Source: an uncultured Thermotogae bacterium
GTDB taxonomy: Bacteria > Bipolaricaulota > Bipolaricaulia > UBA7950 > UBA9294
Length of the DNA stretch: 60,201 nt
NCBI GenBank assembly: GCA_964528085.1
Contig: CAZGRE010000001.1
Coordinates: forward strand, 20,633 to 80,833
Reading direction: 5' to 3'
Shown here: positions 38,995 to 48,519 of the stretch, piece by piece
Position numbering within the stretch: the first letter of the stretch is position 1
How the letters are laid out: each line of letters starts with the position of its first letter
Notes under the pieces: model-generated
Seen by the model: only the letters and a program-made list of their open reading frames with translations
Databases searched by the model: none
What the model was told of the DNA's origin: nothing
Position numbers and translations under genes: made by a program

Positions 38995-39760
38995 CCTCCC
39001 TCCAGTAGAGCCGCCGCCGCCAGATGAAGATCGAAAACGCGATGATGAAAACCCCGCTTATGACGTGAGCAGCGCGAACCGGACCGAGCCAGAGGCTGTC
39101 CCCGCGGGTGAGGCTGACGATCGAGCGGGCGACGGCGTAGAGGATGAAGTACATGGCGGTGGAGAAGCCGTCCTTGTACCCACGCTTCCTGATCGACCAC
39201 AGATACCCAAAAATCATGAGATTTAGTAGCATTTCGTATATCATCGACGGATGGGTCGCCGCCCCGGGATAGGCCATCCCCGCCGGTGAATCAGGGGGGA
39301 AGTGGATCCCCCACGGGAGGGTCGTCGGCGTCCCGTAGGCGTCACCGTTCATCAGGTTCCCGATCCTCCCGATCGCTTGACCGAGGATCAGGCTCGGGGC
39401 AAGGGAATCGGTCAGGGCCCAGAACCGGACCTTCTTCAACCGCGAAAAGAGGTAGACGGTGAGGGCCCCGGCGAGGACCCCACCGTGAATGGCGAGCCCC
39501 CCCTCCCAAACCTTCAAGATATCGAGGGGATGCGCCCCATAGTAGTCGAAGCGGAACGCGACGTAATAGAGGCGAGCCCCGACGATGGCGATCGGAATCG
39601 TCCACAGGACGAGATCGAGGAGGTCGTCGCGCGAGAGCGCGATCCCCTTCCGGCGGACCTCTGCGGCCAAGAGAAAGAACCCGATCACGAATGCGATCAC
39701 ATACATCAGCCCGTAGTAGCGGATCGTGAGCGGACCGATCTGAACCAATACAGGGTGCAT
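38984..39760 (-). CDS. lgt: Prolipoprotein diacylglyceryl transferase
   Basis: 258 aa. IRYYGLMYVIAF, HGGVLGA-type and GRIGNLMNGD motifs. Confidence 0.9.
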   Translation of the reverse strand: MHPVLVQIGPLTIRYYGLMYVIAFVIGFFLLAAEVRRKGIALSRDDLLDLVLWTIPIAIVGARLYYVAFRFDYYGAHPLDILKVWEGGLAIHGGVLAGALTVYLFSRLKKVRFWALTDSLAPSLILGQAIGRIGNLMNGDAYGTPTTLPWGIHFPPDSPAGMAYPGAATHPSMIYEMLLNLMIFGYLWSIRKRGYKDGFSTAMYFILYAVARSIVSLTRGDSLWLGPVRAAHVISGVFIIAFSIFIWRRRLYWREAKG

Positions 39761-39793
39761 CGATACCTCCCTTATCCGATATGATCGGAGTAT

Positions 39794-41248
39794 ATGAACA
39801 AGGTCCTTCCGCGCAAACCGATCCTCGCCGTCTCCTCCGGGATCCTAACAGCGCTCGCCATGCCCGGATTCGGGGGATGGCCGTTGATCTTCGTCGCCCT
39901 CGTCCCGCTCCTGTACGCGCTCGATGGGAAGGGGAGATTCCTGAGCACCTCCCTCTTCGCAGGGGCGTTCCTCGCGATCGATCTGCGCTGGCTCCTCACC
40001 CTACAGCGATTCAGCCCGCTCGTCATCCCCGGATTCATCCTGTTGATCGGATACCTCTCCGTCCTCTTCGCCGTGGGTAGCTTCATCCTTAAGGGCCGAT
40101 TCAAAGGGGGTCATTTCATAATAGCGATGGGAGTCTGGTTCTCCTTCTTCGAATACCTACGCACCATCGGTCCGCTGGGGATCGGCTTTCCCTCCATCTA
40201 CCACTCCCTCTACCGCGTCCCGGCCCTGATCCAAGCCGCATCCTACCTCGGGCCGTGGCCGATAAGCGGCCTCCTCGCCGCCGTCAACGCCTCCTTCTAC
40301 CTCGCGCTCAAGAAACGGAGGGTCGGATATGCCCTGACCGGGGCCGCATTGATCGGAGCGATGGCGGCGTTCTCCCTCATCCCGATCGACGAAGGAGGGG
40401 CCCCGATGATGGTGGCCGTCGTCTCATCGAACGTCGAACAGGAAGAGAAGCTCGATTCCGCCAACCTCGCGCGGCTGAGCGATCGTTACCTGAAGCTCGG
40501 GGAGAGGGCCGTCGCAGTCGGGGCCGATCTGATCGTCTTTCCCGAATCGATCCTCCCGGCGTACATCCTGCGCGAGAAGGGCCTCTCCTCGCAGTTTGAA
40601 CGGCTTGCGGAGGATTCCGGGGGAGAGGTCCTCCTCGGAACCGGCGATTACCGGAACGGACGGATCTACAACAGCGTCGCCCTGTTCTCCCCAACCCCGG
40701 GGTCGGTGGAGACCTACGACATGGTCCGTCCCGTCCCGTTCGGGGAGTACATCCCCGCTCGGCGGATCTGGGAGAAAATCGGCCTGAAACCCCTCGTCGA
40801 CTCCTTCCTCCCCCAAGACCTCTCCCGGGGGGAGGGGTACACCCCGCTTGAGGGGATCGGGACCCCGATCTGCTTCGAATCGACGTTTCCCGGACCGTCC
40901 CGCCGGTTCGTGTTGAGCGGGGCGACCCTAATCGTCACCGTGACGAACGACGCCTGGTTTACGGTAAGCTCCGAGCTCGCAGCCCACTTCGCCGCCGCCG
41001 TCTTCCGCGCGGTGGAGAACCGCCGCTTCACGATCCAGGCGGCTAACGGAGGGATATCGGGGATCATCGACCCCAGGGGGAGGATCATCGGATCGACACG
41101 CTCGGAGGGGGTGTTGATCGGGGAGGTCGTCCGCCGGGATGACGTCTCTCCCTATTCGAGGTGGGGGGATCTCCCGTTTCTGATCATCGTCGGAGTCGGG
41201 ATCGTCTCGATCACCGCTTCGAAGATCAAAAAGAGGGACGGGGGATGA
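39794..41248 (+). CDS. lnt: Apolipoprotein N-acyltransferase
   Basis: 484 aa. N-terminal polytopic region plus a C-terminal CN-hydrolase domain (LIVFPES ... PICFES ... NDAWF). Confidence 0.88.
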   Translation: MNKVLPRKPILAVSSGILTALAMPGFGGWPLIFVALVPLLYALDGKGRFLSTSLFAGAFLAIDLRWLLTLQRFSPLVIPGFILLIGYLSVLFAVGSFILKGRFKGGHFIIAMGVWFSFFEYLRTIGPLGIGFPSIYHSLYRVPALIQAASYLGPWPISGLLAAVNASFYLALKKRRVGYALTGAALIGAMAAFSLIPIDEGGAPMMVAVVSSNVEQEEKLDSANLARLSDRYLKLGERAVAVGADLIVFPESILPAYILREKGLSSQFERLAEDSGGEVLLGTGDYRNGRIYNSVALFSPTPGSVETYDMVRPVPFGEYIPARRIWEKIGLKPLVDSFLPQDLSRGEGYTPLEGIGTPICFESTFPGPSRRFVLSGATLIVTVTNDAWFTVSSELAAHFAAAVFRAVENRRFTIQAANGGISGIIDPRGRIIGSTRSEGVLIGEVVRRDDVSPYSRWGDLPFLIIVGVGIVSITASKIKKRDGG

Positions 41249-41259
41249 ACCCCCGTCCC
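41235..41259. terminator. Bidirectional terminator-like hairpin between convergent lnt and the TolB-like gene
   Basis: GGGACGGGGG-atgaa-CCCCCGTCCC, a perfect 10-bp stem spanning the lnt stop codon. Confidence 0.5.
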
Positions 41260-41275
41260 CGAGATGAGATCGCTC

Positions 41276-42601
41276 TTAACGTTCCGCTGCCGGTGAGACG
41301 TTGCTCCCGCTCCCGGTCTCGGTCAGCTGGGTGACCGTGCCCGTGGCGAACTCCACCTTGTAGATCTGGATATCCCCCGCACCGTCGTCGCGGACGAAGA
41401 CGATCCCGCTGTCGTCCTCGAGCCAGTAGGGACAGTACTCATCCTCGTCCGTCGTAATGTTCGGGTTCGGCGCGCCGAATTCGTCGTCGATGTAGTCCTC
41501 CAGCGTCTTGGCAGTCGCTGCATCGACATCATAGATGTAGATGTCAATGATCCCGCCCGCGGTCCGCTCGGCGGAGAACGCGATATGCTCCCCGTCAGGA
41601 GACCAGACCGGCCGCGAGATACCCGCGCCGGGAGGAAGATCGAGCGCGGTCCCGAGCCCGGCCAGGGCCGGTGATGCGTCCCCATCGCGCCCCGGCCCGT
41701 CGTAGAGCTCGACCGCTGCACTGAGACCATCGTCCCAGAGCCAGATCGAGCTTCCACCGGTGGCGGTCTTATCCGAGACGAACAGGATGTCATCGTTCAC
41801 CGGCGAGTAGGCAGGGGCGATCGCCCATGACGGGGACTGCGAGGTCAGCTTCGTCTGGGGCGTCCCGTCCGCGGCCATCGTGTAGATCTCCCATGTCGTG
41901 GAGGAGGGGGTCTGGGCGGCGTTCGACGCGTAGGCGATCATGCTCGCATCCGCCGACCAGCTCGGCTGAATCTGGTTGGAAGCGGCCTGAGTCGTCAGCT
42001 GGGTCGGGCTCAGCCCCTCCACCGTCATCGTCCAGATGTTCCAGCTCGTCCCATCCTCGGCCGAAAAGGCGATCTTATCGCGCGTTATCCGGACGAGATC
42101 AGGGAAGAGCTCGTCATCAGCCGTGTTGTAGACCGCCGCCTCCTCGGTCCCGTCCGCCTTCATCCGATAGATGTCGTAATCGGCAAGCCGGTTCGCAGCG
42201 AACGCGATCATGACCGGACCGATCGTCACCGTCTTGTTCGTCATCCCGATCCGGCCGTCGTTGTCGGTGACGGTCAGGACGACCTGATACGTCCCCTCCT
42301 CGGTGTACTCGTGGGTGATCAATACGGAGACGTCATCCCCAGTTTCATGATCCGAGCCATCACCGAAGTCAAGGTCGAAGCTCGCTATCTCCCCGTCCGG
42401 ATCGGCAGAATCGCTTATATCGAACGTGACCGTCACCGGCGCCTCGGTATCGCCCCCATTATCGATCCACAGAATGGCGATAGGCGCCTGTCCGAAAAAG
42501 CCTCGACACGCAGCGAGCCCAACCGACAAGATCGCTAACAGGCCGATCACTGCTACGAGCCTTCCCCTCCCCGTTCGGGGAGCCCTCGTCAAGGCAGACA
42601 T
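41276..42601 (-). CDS. Secreted PKD-domain plus TolB-like (PD40/WD40 beta-propeller) protein
   Basis: Signal/anchor, then a PKD module (FDLDFGDGS...YTEEGTYQVVLTVTDNDG), then repeated PD40-like segments (IAFSA..., W.P.WS.DG). Confidence 0.7.
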   Translation of the reverse strand: MSALTRAPRTGRGRLVAVIGLLAILSVGLAACRGFFGQAPIAILWIDNGGDTEAPVTVTFDISDSADPDGEIASFDLDFGDGSDHETGDDVSVLITHEYTEEGTYQVVLTVTDNDGRIGMTNKTVTIGPVMIAFAANRLADYDIYRMKADGTEEAAVYNTADDELFPDLVRITRDKIAFSAEDGTSWNIWTMTVEGLSPTQLTTQAASNQIQPSWSADASMIAYASNAAQTPSSTTWEIYTMAADGTPQTKLTSQSPSWAIAPAYSPVNDDILFVSDKTATGGSSIWLWDDGLSAAVELYDGPGRDGDASPALAGLGTALDLPPGAGISRPVWSPDGEHIAFSAERTAGGIIDIYIYDVDAATAKTLEDYIDDEFGAPNPNITTDEDEYCPYWLEDDSGIVFVRDDGAGDIQIYKVEFATGTVTQLTETGSGSNVSPAAER

Positions 42602-42731
42602 CCCGTTGACCTCCTTAAAAACCGTTTCTTCCCAGGATTCACAATAACCATCCGGATCAGTCTAGCCCGATCTCCCCCTCTTCCGGCGGGACGTCCGACA
42701 ACCGAGGGGAGCGGGTTCGTCCGCAACGGAG

Positions 42732-43355
42732 GTGATCGATGTCGAAGCCGAAACCACCCGTGCGAAAGCGTGTATATTAGTCACCGAGGAGGCAAACGGT
42801 AGCGTGTATCGCGGACAAGACGAGGTGAGCCTGTTGCGCGCTTCACTGAACGGAGAGACGGAGGCTTGGGGTGAGATAGTTTCACGGTATAAGGACGCCG
42901 TGTTCGGGCTCTGCCTCGGCTTTCTGCGGAACAGGGCGGATGCCGAGGATGTGACCCATGACGCGTTCATCCGCGCCTACGACAACCTTCGCCGTTACCG
43001 GCTGGAGAAGCGGTTCTCGACGTGGATCTTCACCATCGCGGCGAACCTGTGCCGGAACCGGCTCAGATACAGGCGGAACCACCCGGTCGTCGAGTCTCCC
43101 CCGAACCTCGCCGGGGGGAAGGACCCGGCAACGATCGTCGAGCACGAGGACCGCTGGCAGCGGATCCGGGAGGGGCTGAGTCGACTTCCGCACAGCTATC
43201 GTGCCCCCCTCGTCCTTCGGTTCTACAACGACCTCTCCTATCGAGAGATAGGCGAGATCCTCTCCATCCCTGAAGGGACGGTGAAAACGAGGATTCATCG
43301 GGGGAAGGCGCTTCTAAGGAAAGAGGTTGAGAGGGAAGTGATCGGAGATGCTTGA
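42732..43355 (+). CDS. ECF (sigma-70 family, group 4) RNA polymerase sigma factor
   Basis: Region 2 (DAEDVTHDAFIRAY, FSTWIFTIAANLCRN) and region 4 (LSYREIGEILSIPEGTVKTRIHRGK). SD GGAGGT lies 5 nt before the ATG. Confidence 0.85.
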   Translation: MIDVEAETTRAKACILVTEEANGSVYRGQDEVSLLRASLNGETEAWGEIVSRYKDAVFGLCLGFLRNRADAEDVTHDAFIRAYDNLRRYRLEKRFSTWIFTIAANLCRNRLRYRRNHPVVESPPNLAGGKDPATIVEHEDRWQRIREGLSRLPHSYRAPLVLRFYNDLSYREIGEILSIPEGTVKTRIHRGKALLRKEVEREVIGDA

Positions 43356-43926
43356 GGACAAGTTCGACAAATTGCTGAGGGATGCGTTGCATGACGAGGT
43401 GAAAGGGGCGGCTGAATCCTTCTCCGGGCTCGAGATGCAGATCGTCTCCGAGCTCGAAGGGAGGCTCCCCCGGCTGACTGTGAGCGACTGGCTAAAGGGG
43501 CTGCTCGCCCCCACGCGGGCCGGTCGGATCGGCCAGCTCGCCGTAATCGGGGCGACCGCCGCCGCATTCCTCTTCCTCGGGGTCTTCCTCGCCCACGAGA
43601 CTCCCCTGTTGCCGAGAACGGAGCGGTCGGCCCCTTCGTTGACTGCATCGGCTAACCGGGAGGTCCTGTTCGTCGTCCCGGCGCTCGACGCGGAGAACGT
43701 CGCCGTGCTTGGGGATTTCAACGGATGGGAGGCAACCCCCCTCTCCGATGATAACCACGATGGGATATGGACTGTTTCCATCCCCCTCTCCCCCGGCCGC
43801 TACGAATACGCATTCATCATCGACGGCCGCTGGTGGGGGCAGGACCCGCTCGCTGACGAGTACGTGCGCACCTTCGGCCAATACAGCTCGGTCCGATATA
43901 TAGGAGGAGGGGGTGACGGTGCATGA
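43348..43926 (+). CDS. Putative anti-sigma factor: cytoplasmic N-terminus, one TM segment, extracytoplasmic CBM48/AMPK-beta glycogen-binding-like domain
   Basis: Overlaps the sigma gene by 8 nt. TM segment IGQLAVIGATAAAFLFLGVFLA. C-terminus VAVLGDFNGWEATPL...GIWTVSIPLSPGRYEYAFIIDGRWWGQDP matches the AMPK1_CBM pattern. No ZAS HxxxCxxC motif. Confidence 0.6.
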   Translation: MLEDKFDKLLRDALHDEVKGAAESFSGLEMQIVSELEGRLPRLTVSDWLKGLLAPTRAGRIGQLAVIGATAAAFLFLGVFLAHETPLLPRTERSAPSLTASANREVLFVVPALDAENVAVLGDFNGWEATPLSDDNHDGIWTVSIPLSPGRYEYAFIIDGRWWGQDPLADEYVRTFGQYSSVRYIGGGGDGA

Positions 43927-44696
43927 TCGGATTTAGACGGAAGCTGACCCTGTTCGCCCTCCTCGCCGGCCTTCTTGCAGGTGCAGCGGCCTTCGGGTAC
44001 GCCGCCCCCACTATCGGCGATTTCAGCCGCGCCCTCTCCGCCCTCCCGGTAAAATCCGGGGATCGGATCCTCGCAGCGATCGAGGAGGGCCTAACTCAGC
44101 CCGGTTTCCCCGCGGAGGGGATCCTTCAATTGATCGAGGTTCTCGCCGTAACGCCGGGGAGCATCGAGGAGAAGGAAGGTATCCTCATCCTCGTAACGCG
44201 AACGATAGAGGAGGGCCTCCCCGTCGATGGGATCCTCGCCAAGGGGTTCGACCTGACCGCCGCCCTCGGTGAGGGGCTCCCGATAGAGGGGATCGTCCTC
44301 GAGGCGCTCAAAGGGTTTGCACAACGAGCCCCCCTCCCGGCGATCGAGTACGGCATCTCGCGGCGGCTCATCCTACTCCGAGCGGTCCGCGACCTTCTCT
44401 TCGAAAAGGAGATCTTCAGCGTCCCGCCCGGAGCCCCGCAGACAACCCCAACAGCCCTCCCTGCGGCGCGGTTCAACGAACTTCTGCTTCAGATTTCAGA
44501 TGCAGTGAGCGATTATCTCGATGGAGGGGGGAGCCCGTTCGAAGGGGAGGTCCTACTCGAACAGGTGACCGATCGTCTGACGCGGCTCCCAGAGGAGGTA
44601 ATACCGGGGAGCGACGTCGAGCTCGTCCTTGACAGGATCACAGCCGCCGATCTGACGGGGGTCGCGCTCGCCGCGCTCTCTCAACCGGCGGAGTGA
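43923..44696 (+). CDS. Secreted hypothetical protein with a repeated EGLPxxGI motif
   Basis: Signal peptide (LTLFALLAGLLAGAAAFGYA). ATGA overlap with the anti-sigma gene. No family recognised. Confidence 0.6.
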   Translation: MIGFRRKLTLFALLAGLLAGAAAFGYAAPTIGDFSRALSALPVKSGDRILAAIEEGLTQPGFPAEGILQLIEVLAVTPGSIEEKEGILILVTRTIEEGLPVDGILAKGFDLTAALGEGLPIEGIVLEALKGFAQRAPLPAIEYGISRRLILLRAVRDLLFEKEIFSVPPGAPQTTPTALPAARFNELLLQISDAVSDYLDGGGSPFEGEVLLEQVTDRLTRLPEEVIPGSDVELVLDRITAADLTGVALAALSQPAE

Positions 44697-44727
44697 ATCG
44701 ATCGTTAAACGTGAAAAGGAGGCTAGC

Positions 44728-47091
44728 ATGAACGGAAAGAAATGGAGGCTTGTAGCCCTCGTCATCGTCCTCGCCGCGTTCACCGCGCTCGGGGCGTACG
44801 GGCAAGGGTCTGGGGGGGTTCCGAAGGGGATCATCCCCACCCCGCCAGAGAGCGAGGAGCTCCAGGTCAGCATATGGGTCGACAAGGGGGCCTACGCCGT
44901 AGGGGAGAGCATCACGATCCACTACAGCGTCAACAAGCCGGCATACGTTTACATCTGGGACATCGAGCCGGATGGAACGGCGAATCAGATCTTCCCGAAC
45001 TCTTTCCCAGGGGGTTCGAACAACTACGTTTCAGCGGGAGAGCATATCGTCCCCGGAAACTGGCAGGTGGCACCGCCGCTCGGGACCGAGTACCTACAGA
45101 TCCTGGCGACCACGACCCCGGTCGACCCGTTCGTATATCTGACCGGGGATCCGGAGGCGTTCCGCCAGCAGATCGAGGCGCAGATACTCGGGATCATCCC
45201 GGTGAGCGAGCGGAGCTGGAACTTCACGAGCTTCGAGATCGTTTCCGGGACGCCGCCGACCTACATAAGCCTGACGATCACGTCAGACCCGGCCGGGGCG
45301 ACGATGACGTTGGACGGATACTACGCCGGCTACACGCCGCGGACGATGTTCGTCGAGGAGGGGTTCCACCGTATCTCGATAAGCAAGCCGGGATACGAGA
45401 CGTGGAATACGATGATCTTCATCCTCGGGGGACGCCCCCGGACGATCAATGCGACACTGACCCCGCTATTCCCGACGAACGCACCCCCGAACGCATCGTT
45501 CACCTACTACCCGACATCACCGACGGTGTACGCCCCTGTCCAATTCGACGGGACCGGATCGTCCGACACCGACGGATTGATCGTCTCCTACAACTGGTCG
45601 TTCGGGGACGGGTCGACATCCACAGGCCCGTTCGTCACGCACACCTTCTTCTATCCGGGGACGTATCCCGTCACCCTCCGGGTGACCGATGACGATGGGG
45701 CATACGATGAGATGACCGTATCGGTCATCGTCGGAGCGGGGAACAACCCGCCGACCGCCTCCCTCGCCGTCACCCCGGCGAGCGTATTCCTCGGAGGATG
45801 GGTGAAGTTCGACGGGACCGGATCTACCGACACGGATGGGACGATAACATCCTATCTATGGGATCCGGGTGACGGGTCGACCCCGATGCAGTCGGCCGTC
45901 CCCTACCGGTTCTACCTCTACTCGAGCCCGGGGACGTACACCGTCACCCTGACCGTCACCGACGACGACGGGGCGAGCGCGACGGCCACGGCGCAGGTAC
46001 AGGTGGTATCGACGAACGCCCCGCCGGAGGCGGCGTTCACCTACTATCCCGAGTCCCCACGGATCGGGGAGTGGATCAGGTTCGACGCATCCGGATCGAA
46101 CGATCCCGACGGGACGATCGTGACCTACGCCTGGAACTTCGGGGACGGATCGACCCCGGTCACCACGAGCAACGCCTACTACTACTACCGTTTCCCGTCC
46201 TCAGGGACGTACCTCGTCACCCTGACCGTCACCGACGACGATGGTGCAGCGGATTCGATCTCCTATCCGATCGCGGTCGGGGCGAACCTTCAGCCACCCG
46301 TCGCATCCTTCACCTACACCCCGTTTACCCCGGTGATCGGGCAGACGGTGACGTTCGACGCCTCGTCGTCGTTCGACCCCGATGGGATGATCCTTCACTA
46401 CATCTGGGACCTGAACGGGGATGGGACGGATGATGCCAGCGGGCCGACGGCGTATGCCACCTATCATACCCCGGGGATCGCGAACGTCCGGCTGACCGTC
46501 ATTGACAACGACGGCCTCTCCTCCTCGGTGACGCAACCGATCGTCATATCGACCGGAGGTGGACCGAGCGGAGCCCCGCCGATGGGGAACATCCCGGGGA
46601 TCTTCGTCTGGGGGACGAACGAGTGGCACATCACGGTGAACGCCGGAGCCGGCTGGGGCTCTCCCCATTCCTACCGGCTCGAGCTCGGGACGGATGGGAC
46701 GTTCCAGAACGTGAACCAGACCGCAGGGGGCGGGGTCGCCCCCCTCGGGATCATCCCGGCACCGACCGACGGGGGGAAGTCCCTGATCTTCGAGGGATCC
46801 CTCCAGAGCGGTTCGATCGACTACACCTTCACCGCTCCGGGGGCGGAGAAGATACGGATGAGCCTGAAGCTCGACATCGACGGGGACGGAACCGTGGACG
46901 AGTCGACCGGCTTCATCTATCTCCGCTACTCGTTGGTCCATCCGCCGTATGCACCGTTCGTCGTCGGCATCGCAGAAGGAGCGACCGAGCTCACCCCCGG
47001 CAGTGACTTCAAGCTCGGGTTCTACAGCACCTTCTTCGGCGGATACATGCACGTGTTCACCATGACGATCTCAGAACTCGAAGGCTCATAA
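44728..47091 (+). CDS. Large secreted protein: DUF4384-like domain, PEGA domain, four PKD repeats and an unknown C-terminal domain
   Basis: Signal peptide. DUF4384 pattern (YAVGESITIHYSVNKPAYVYIWDIEPDGTANQIFPN). PEGA (LTITSDPAGATMTLDGYYAGYTPR...ISKPGYE). Four repeats of FDGTGS.D.DG.I.SY.W.FGDGS...GTY.VTLTVTDDDG. Confidence 0.8.
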   Translation: MNGKKWRLVALVIVLAAFTALGAYGQGSGGVPKGIIPTPPESEELQVSIWVDKGAYAVGESITIHYSVNKPAYVYIWDIEPDGTANQIFPNSFPGGSNNYVSAGEHIVPGNWQVAPPLGTEYLQILATTTPVDPFVYLTGDPEAFRQQIEAQILGIIPVSERSWNFTSFEIVSGTPPTYISLTITSDPAGATMTLDGYYAGYTPRTMFVEEGFHRISISKPGYETWNTMIFILGGRPRTINATLTPLFPTNAPPNASFTYYPTSPTVYAPVQFDGTGSSDTDGLIVSYNWSFGDGSTSTGPFVTHTFFYPGTYPVTLRVTDDDGAYDEMTVSVIVGAGNNPPTASLAVTPASVFLGGWVKFDGTGSTDTDGTITSYLWDPGDGSTPMQSAVPYRFYLYSSPGTYTVTLTVTDDDGASATATAQVQVVSTNAPPEAAFTYYPESPRIGEWIRFDASGSNDPDGTIVTYAWNFGDGSTPVTTSNAYYYYRFPSSGTYLVTLTVTDDDGAADSISYPIAVGANLQPPVASFTYTPFTPVIGQTVTFDASSSFDPDGMILHYIWDLNGDGTDDASGPTAYATYHTPGIANVRLTVIDNDGLSSSVTQPIVISTGGGPSGAPPMGNIPGIFVWGTNEWHITVNAGAGWGSPHSYRLELGTDGTFQNVNQTAGGGVAPLGIIPAPTDGGKSLIFEGSLQSGSIDYTFTAPGAEKIRMSLKLDIDGDGTVDESTGFIYLRYSLVHPPYAPFVVGIAEGATELTPGSDFKLGFYSTFFGGYMHVFTMTISELEGS
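45478..46560 (+). repeat. Four tandem PKD-domain coding repeats (about 270 nt each)
   Basis: Protein-level repeats. The nucleotide block gtcaccctgaccgtcaccgacgacga recurs at about 45944 and about 46216. Confidence 0.7.
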
Positions 47092-47099
47092 ATCCGACT

Positions 47100-47126
47100 G
47101 ACGGGCGGGGTGCACCCCCGCCCGTC
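47100..47126 (+). terminator. Terminator-like hairpin after the PKD protein gene
   Basis: GACGGGCGGGG-tgcac-CCCCGCCCGTC, a perfect 11-bp stem 9 nt after the stop. No U tract follows. Confidence 0.55.
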
Positions 47127-47172
47127 ATCCCGGTTGCCCGCTCGATTCGCCGGGGTGTAAGATAGCCGGGTC

Positions 47173-48519
47173 ATGGAGATCCGGCACCTTTCGATCGATT
47201 GGAACCTCGACCATCCGGCGATCCATCGGGATACCTTCTTCGGCCGGTTCTCGATCTCGGCGTTCGATGCCGTATTCATCGATCCTGAACCGATTCCTAG
47301 GCATTGGACGGCCGAGGTCTCCCCAGAAGGTGACGGGATCCGCCGGACCGACCCACTCCGGGATCGGGGATTCGGACGGACGCTGGAAGGGTGGATGTAC
47401 AGGCGGAGGACAGAGGCGCACGACCTCCTCCGGCGGGGAGGAGGGATCCTCGTCTGCCGGCTCCGACCGCGCGGTGAGCCTCTCGAGATCGTCTCTCCCG
47501 GCTCGCCGGCCGAGCGGATCGACCGCTACACCTGGCTCCCGTCGATCTCCCTCGTCGACCGGCAGCATCAGCTCTCGTTCCCTGCCAACGGGCGCTTCCT
47601 CCCCCGCAGCGGCGAAGACATCGTATTCGAAGGGACAGGTAGCCCGTTCGAGGAGTATCTGCGCGAGTTCGACGGGCACATCTTCTATGATGCCGTCTAT
47701 CAGGATCTCCTATCCACGCCGCTCGAGCGGTTCGCCACGATCCTCGCCCGGAACCGGGTCGGAGACATCGTGGCACTCGAGATCCCGTTCGACGAGGGGC
47801 GGCTCGTCCTCGTCCCGGAAGTGATCGGAATACCCCCGGCCCGCGAGGCCTCCTCCCTGATCGAGGCCGTCCGTCAGGAGGCGTTCCGCCCATCGTTCAC
47901 CCCCTCGCCCGATTGGCTCCCATCCTATCCCCTCCCAGGGGAGGAGCGACTGGTCGACGAGTTGACCGGGCTCATCGAGCGGCGGGATGCGCTCGCCCGA
48001 AAGGTCGAGGAGATCGAGAGGAAGCTTAAAGAGAAGACGGACTTCAAGCTGATCCTCTACGCGAAGGGGCGCTTCTCGTTCCTCCCCGCCGTCGCAGAGG
48101 CGTTCCGCTCCCTCGGATTCGCCGTTGAGAACCTCGGCTCGAACCTCGTTCTGAAAAGCGACGAAGGCGACGCGATCGTCGTCGCAGAGGCGAGTGAGGG
48201 GGCGCAGGTCGGGCTCTCACCGTACCGCCGCCTCCGCGAAGCGGTCGATCGAGCGATCACCGACGGGGACGGCCCACACAAGGGGGTCCTCGTTGTGAGC
48301 GGATCGAGGGAGCTCGACCCGAAGCACCGGCCGACCGAGTTCGCACCGGAGGTCCTCCGCGGATGCGAGGTCCAAGGGATATGCCTCCTAACCTCATATC
48401 GCCTGTTCAAGCTCGTCCAGCGCGGGCTGAAACCCGGCGCAAGGAAGGAGTCGCTCGCCGAGATCCGGAGGATGATCCTCGAATGCGACGGGGAGTTCAG
48501 GGACGCTGAATCGAAGTGA
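47173..48519 (+). CDS. Hypothetical cytoplasmic protein (448 aa): unknown N-terminal domain, central coiled coil, C-terminal alpha/beta domain
   Basis: Coding-like codon usage, no signal peptide and no TM segment. The stop overlaps the mraY GTG start (GTGA). No family recognised. Confidence 0.7.
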   Translation: MEIRHLSIDWNLDHPAIHRDTFFGRFSISAFDAVFIDPEPIPRHWTAEVSPEGDGIRRTDPLRDRGFGRTLEGWMYRRRTEAHDLLRRGGGILVCRLRPRGEPLEIVSPGSPAERIDRYTWLPSISLVDRQHQLSFPANGRFLPRSGEDIVFEGTGSPFEEYLREFDGHIFYDAVYQDLLSTPLERFATILARNRVGDIVALEIPFDEGRLVLVPEVIGIPPAREASSLIEAVRQEAFRPSFTPSPDWLPSYPLPGEERLVDELTGLIERRDALARKVEEIERKLKEKTDFKLILYAKGRFSFLPAVAEAFRSLGFAVENLGSNLVLKSDEGDAIVVAEASEGAQVGLSPYRRLREAVDRAITDGDGPHKGVLVVSGSRELDPKHRPTEFAPEVLRGCEVQGICLLTSYRLFKLVQRGLKPGARKESLAEIRRMILECDGEFRDAESK

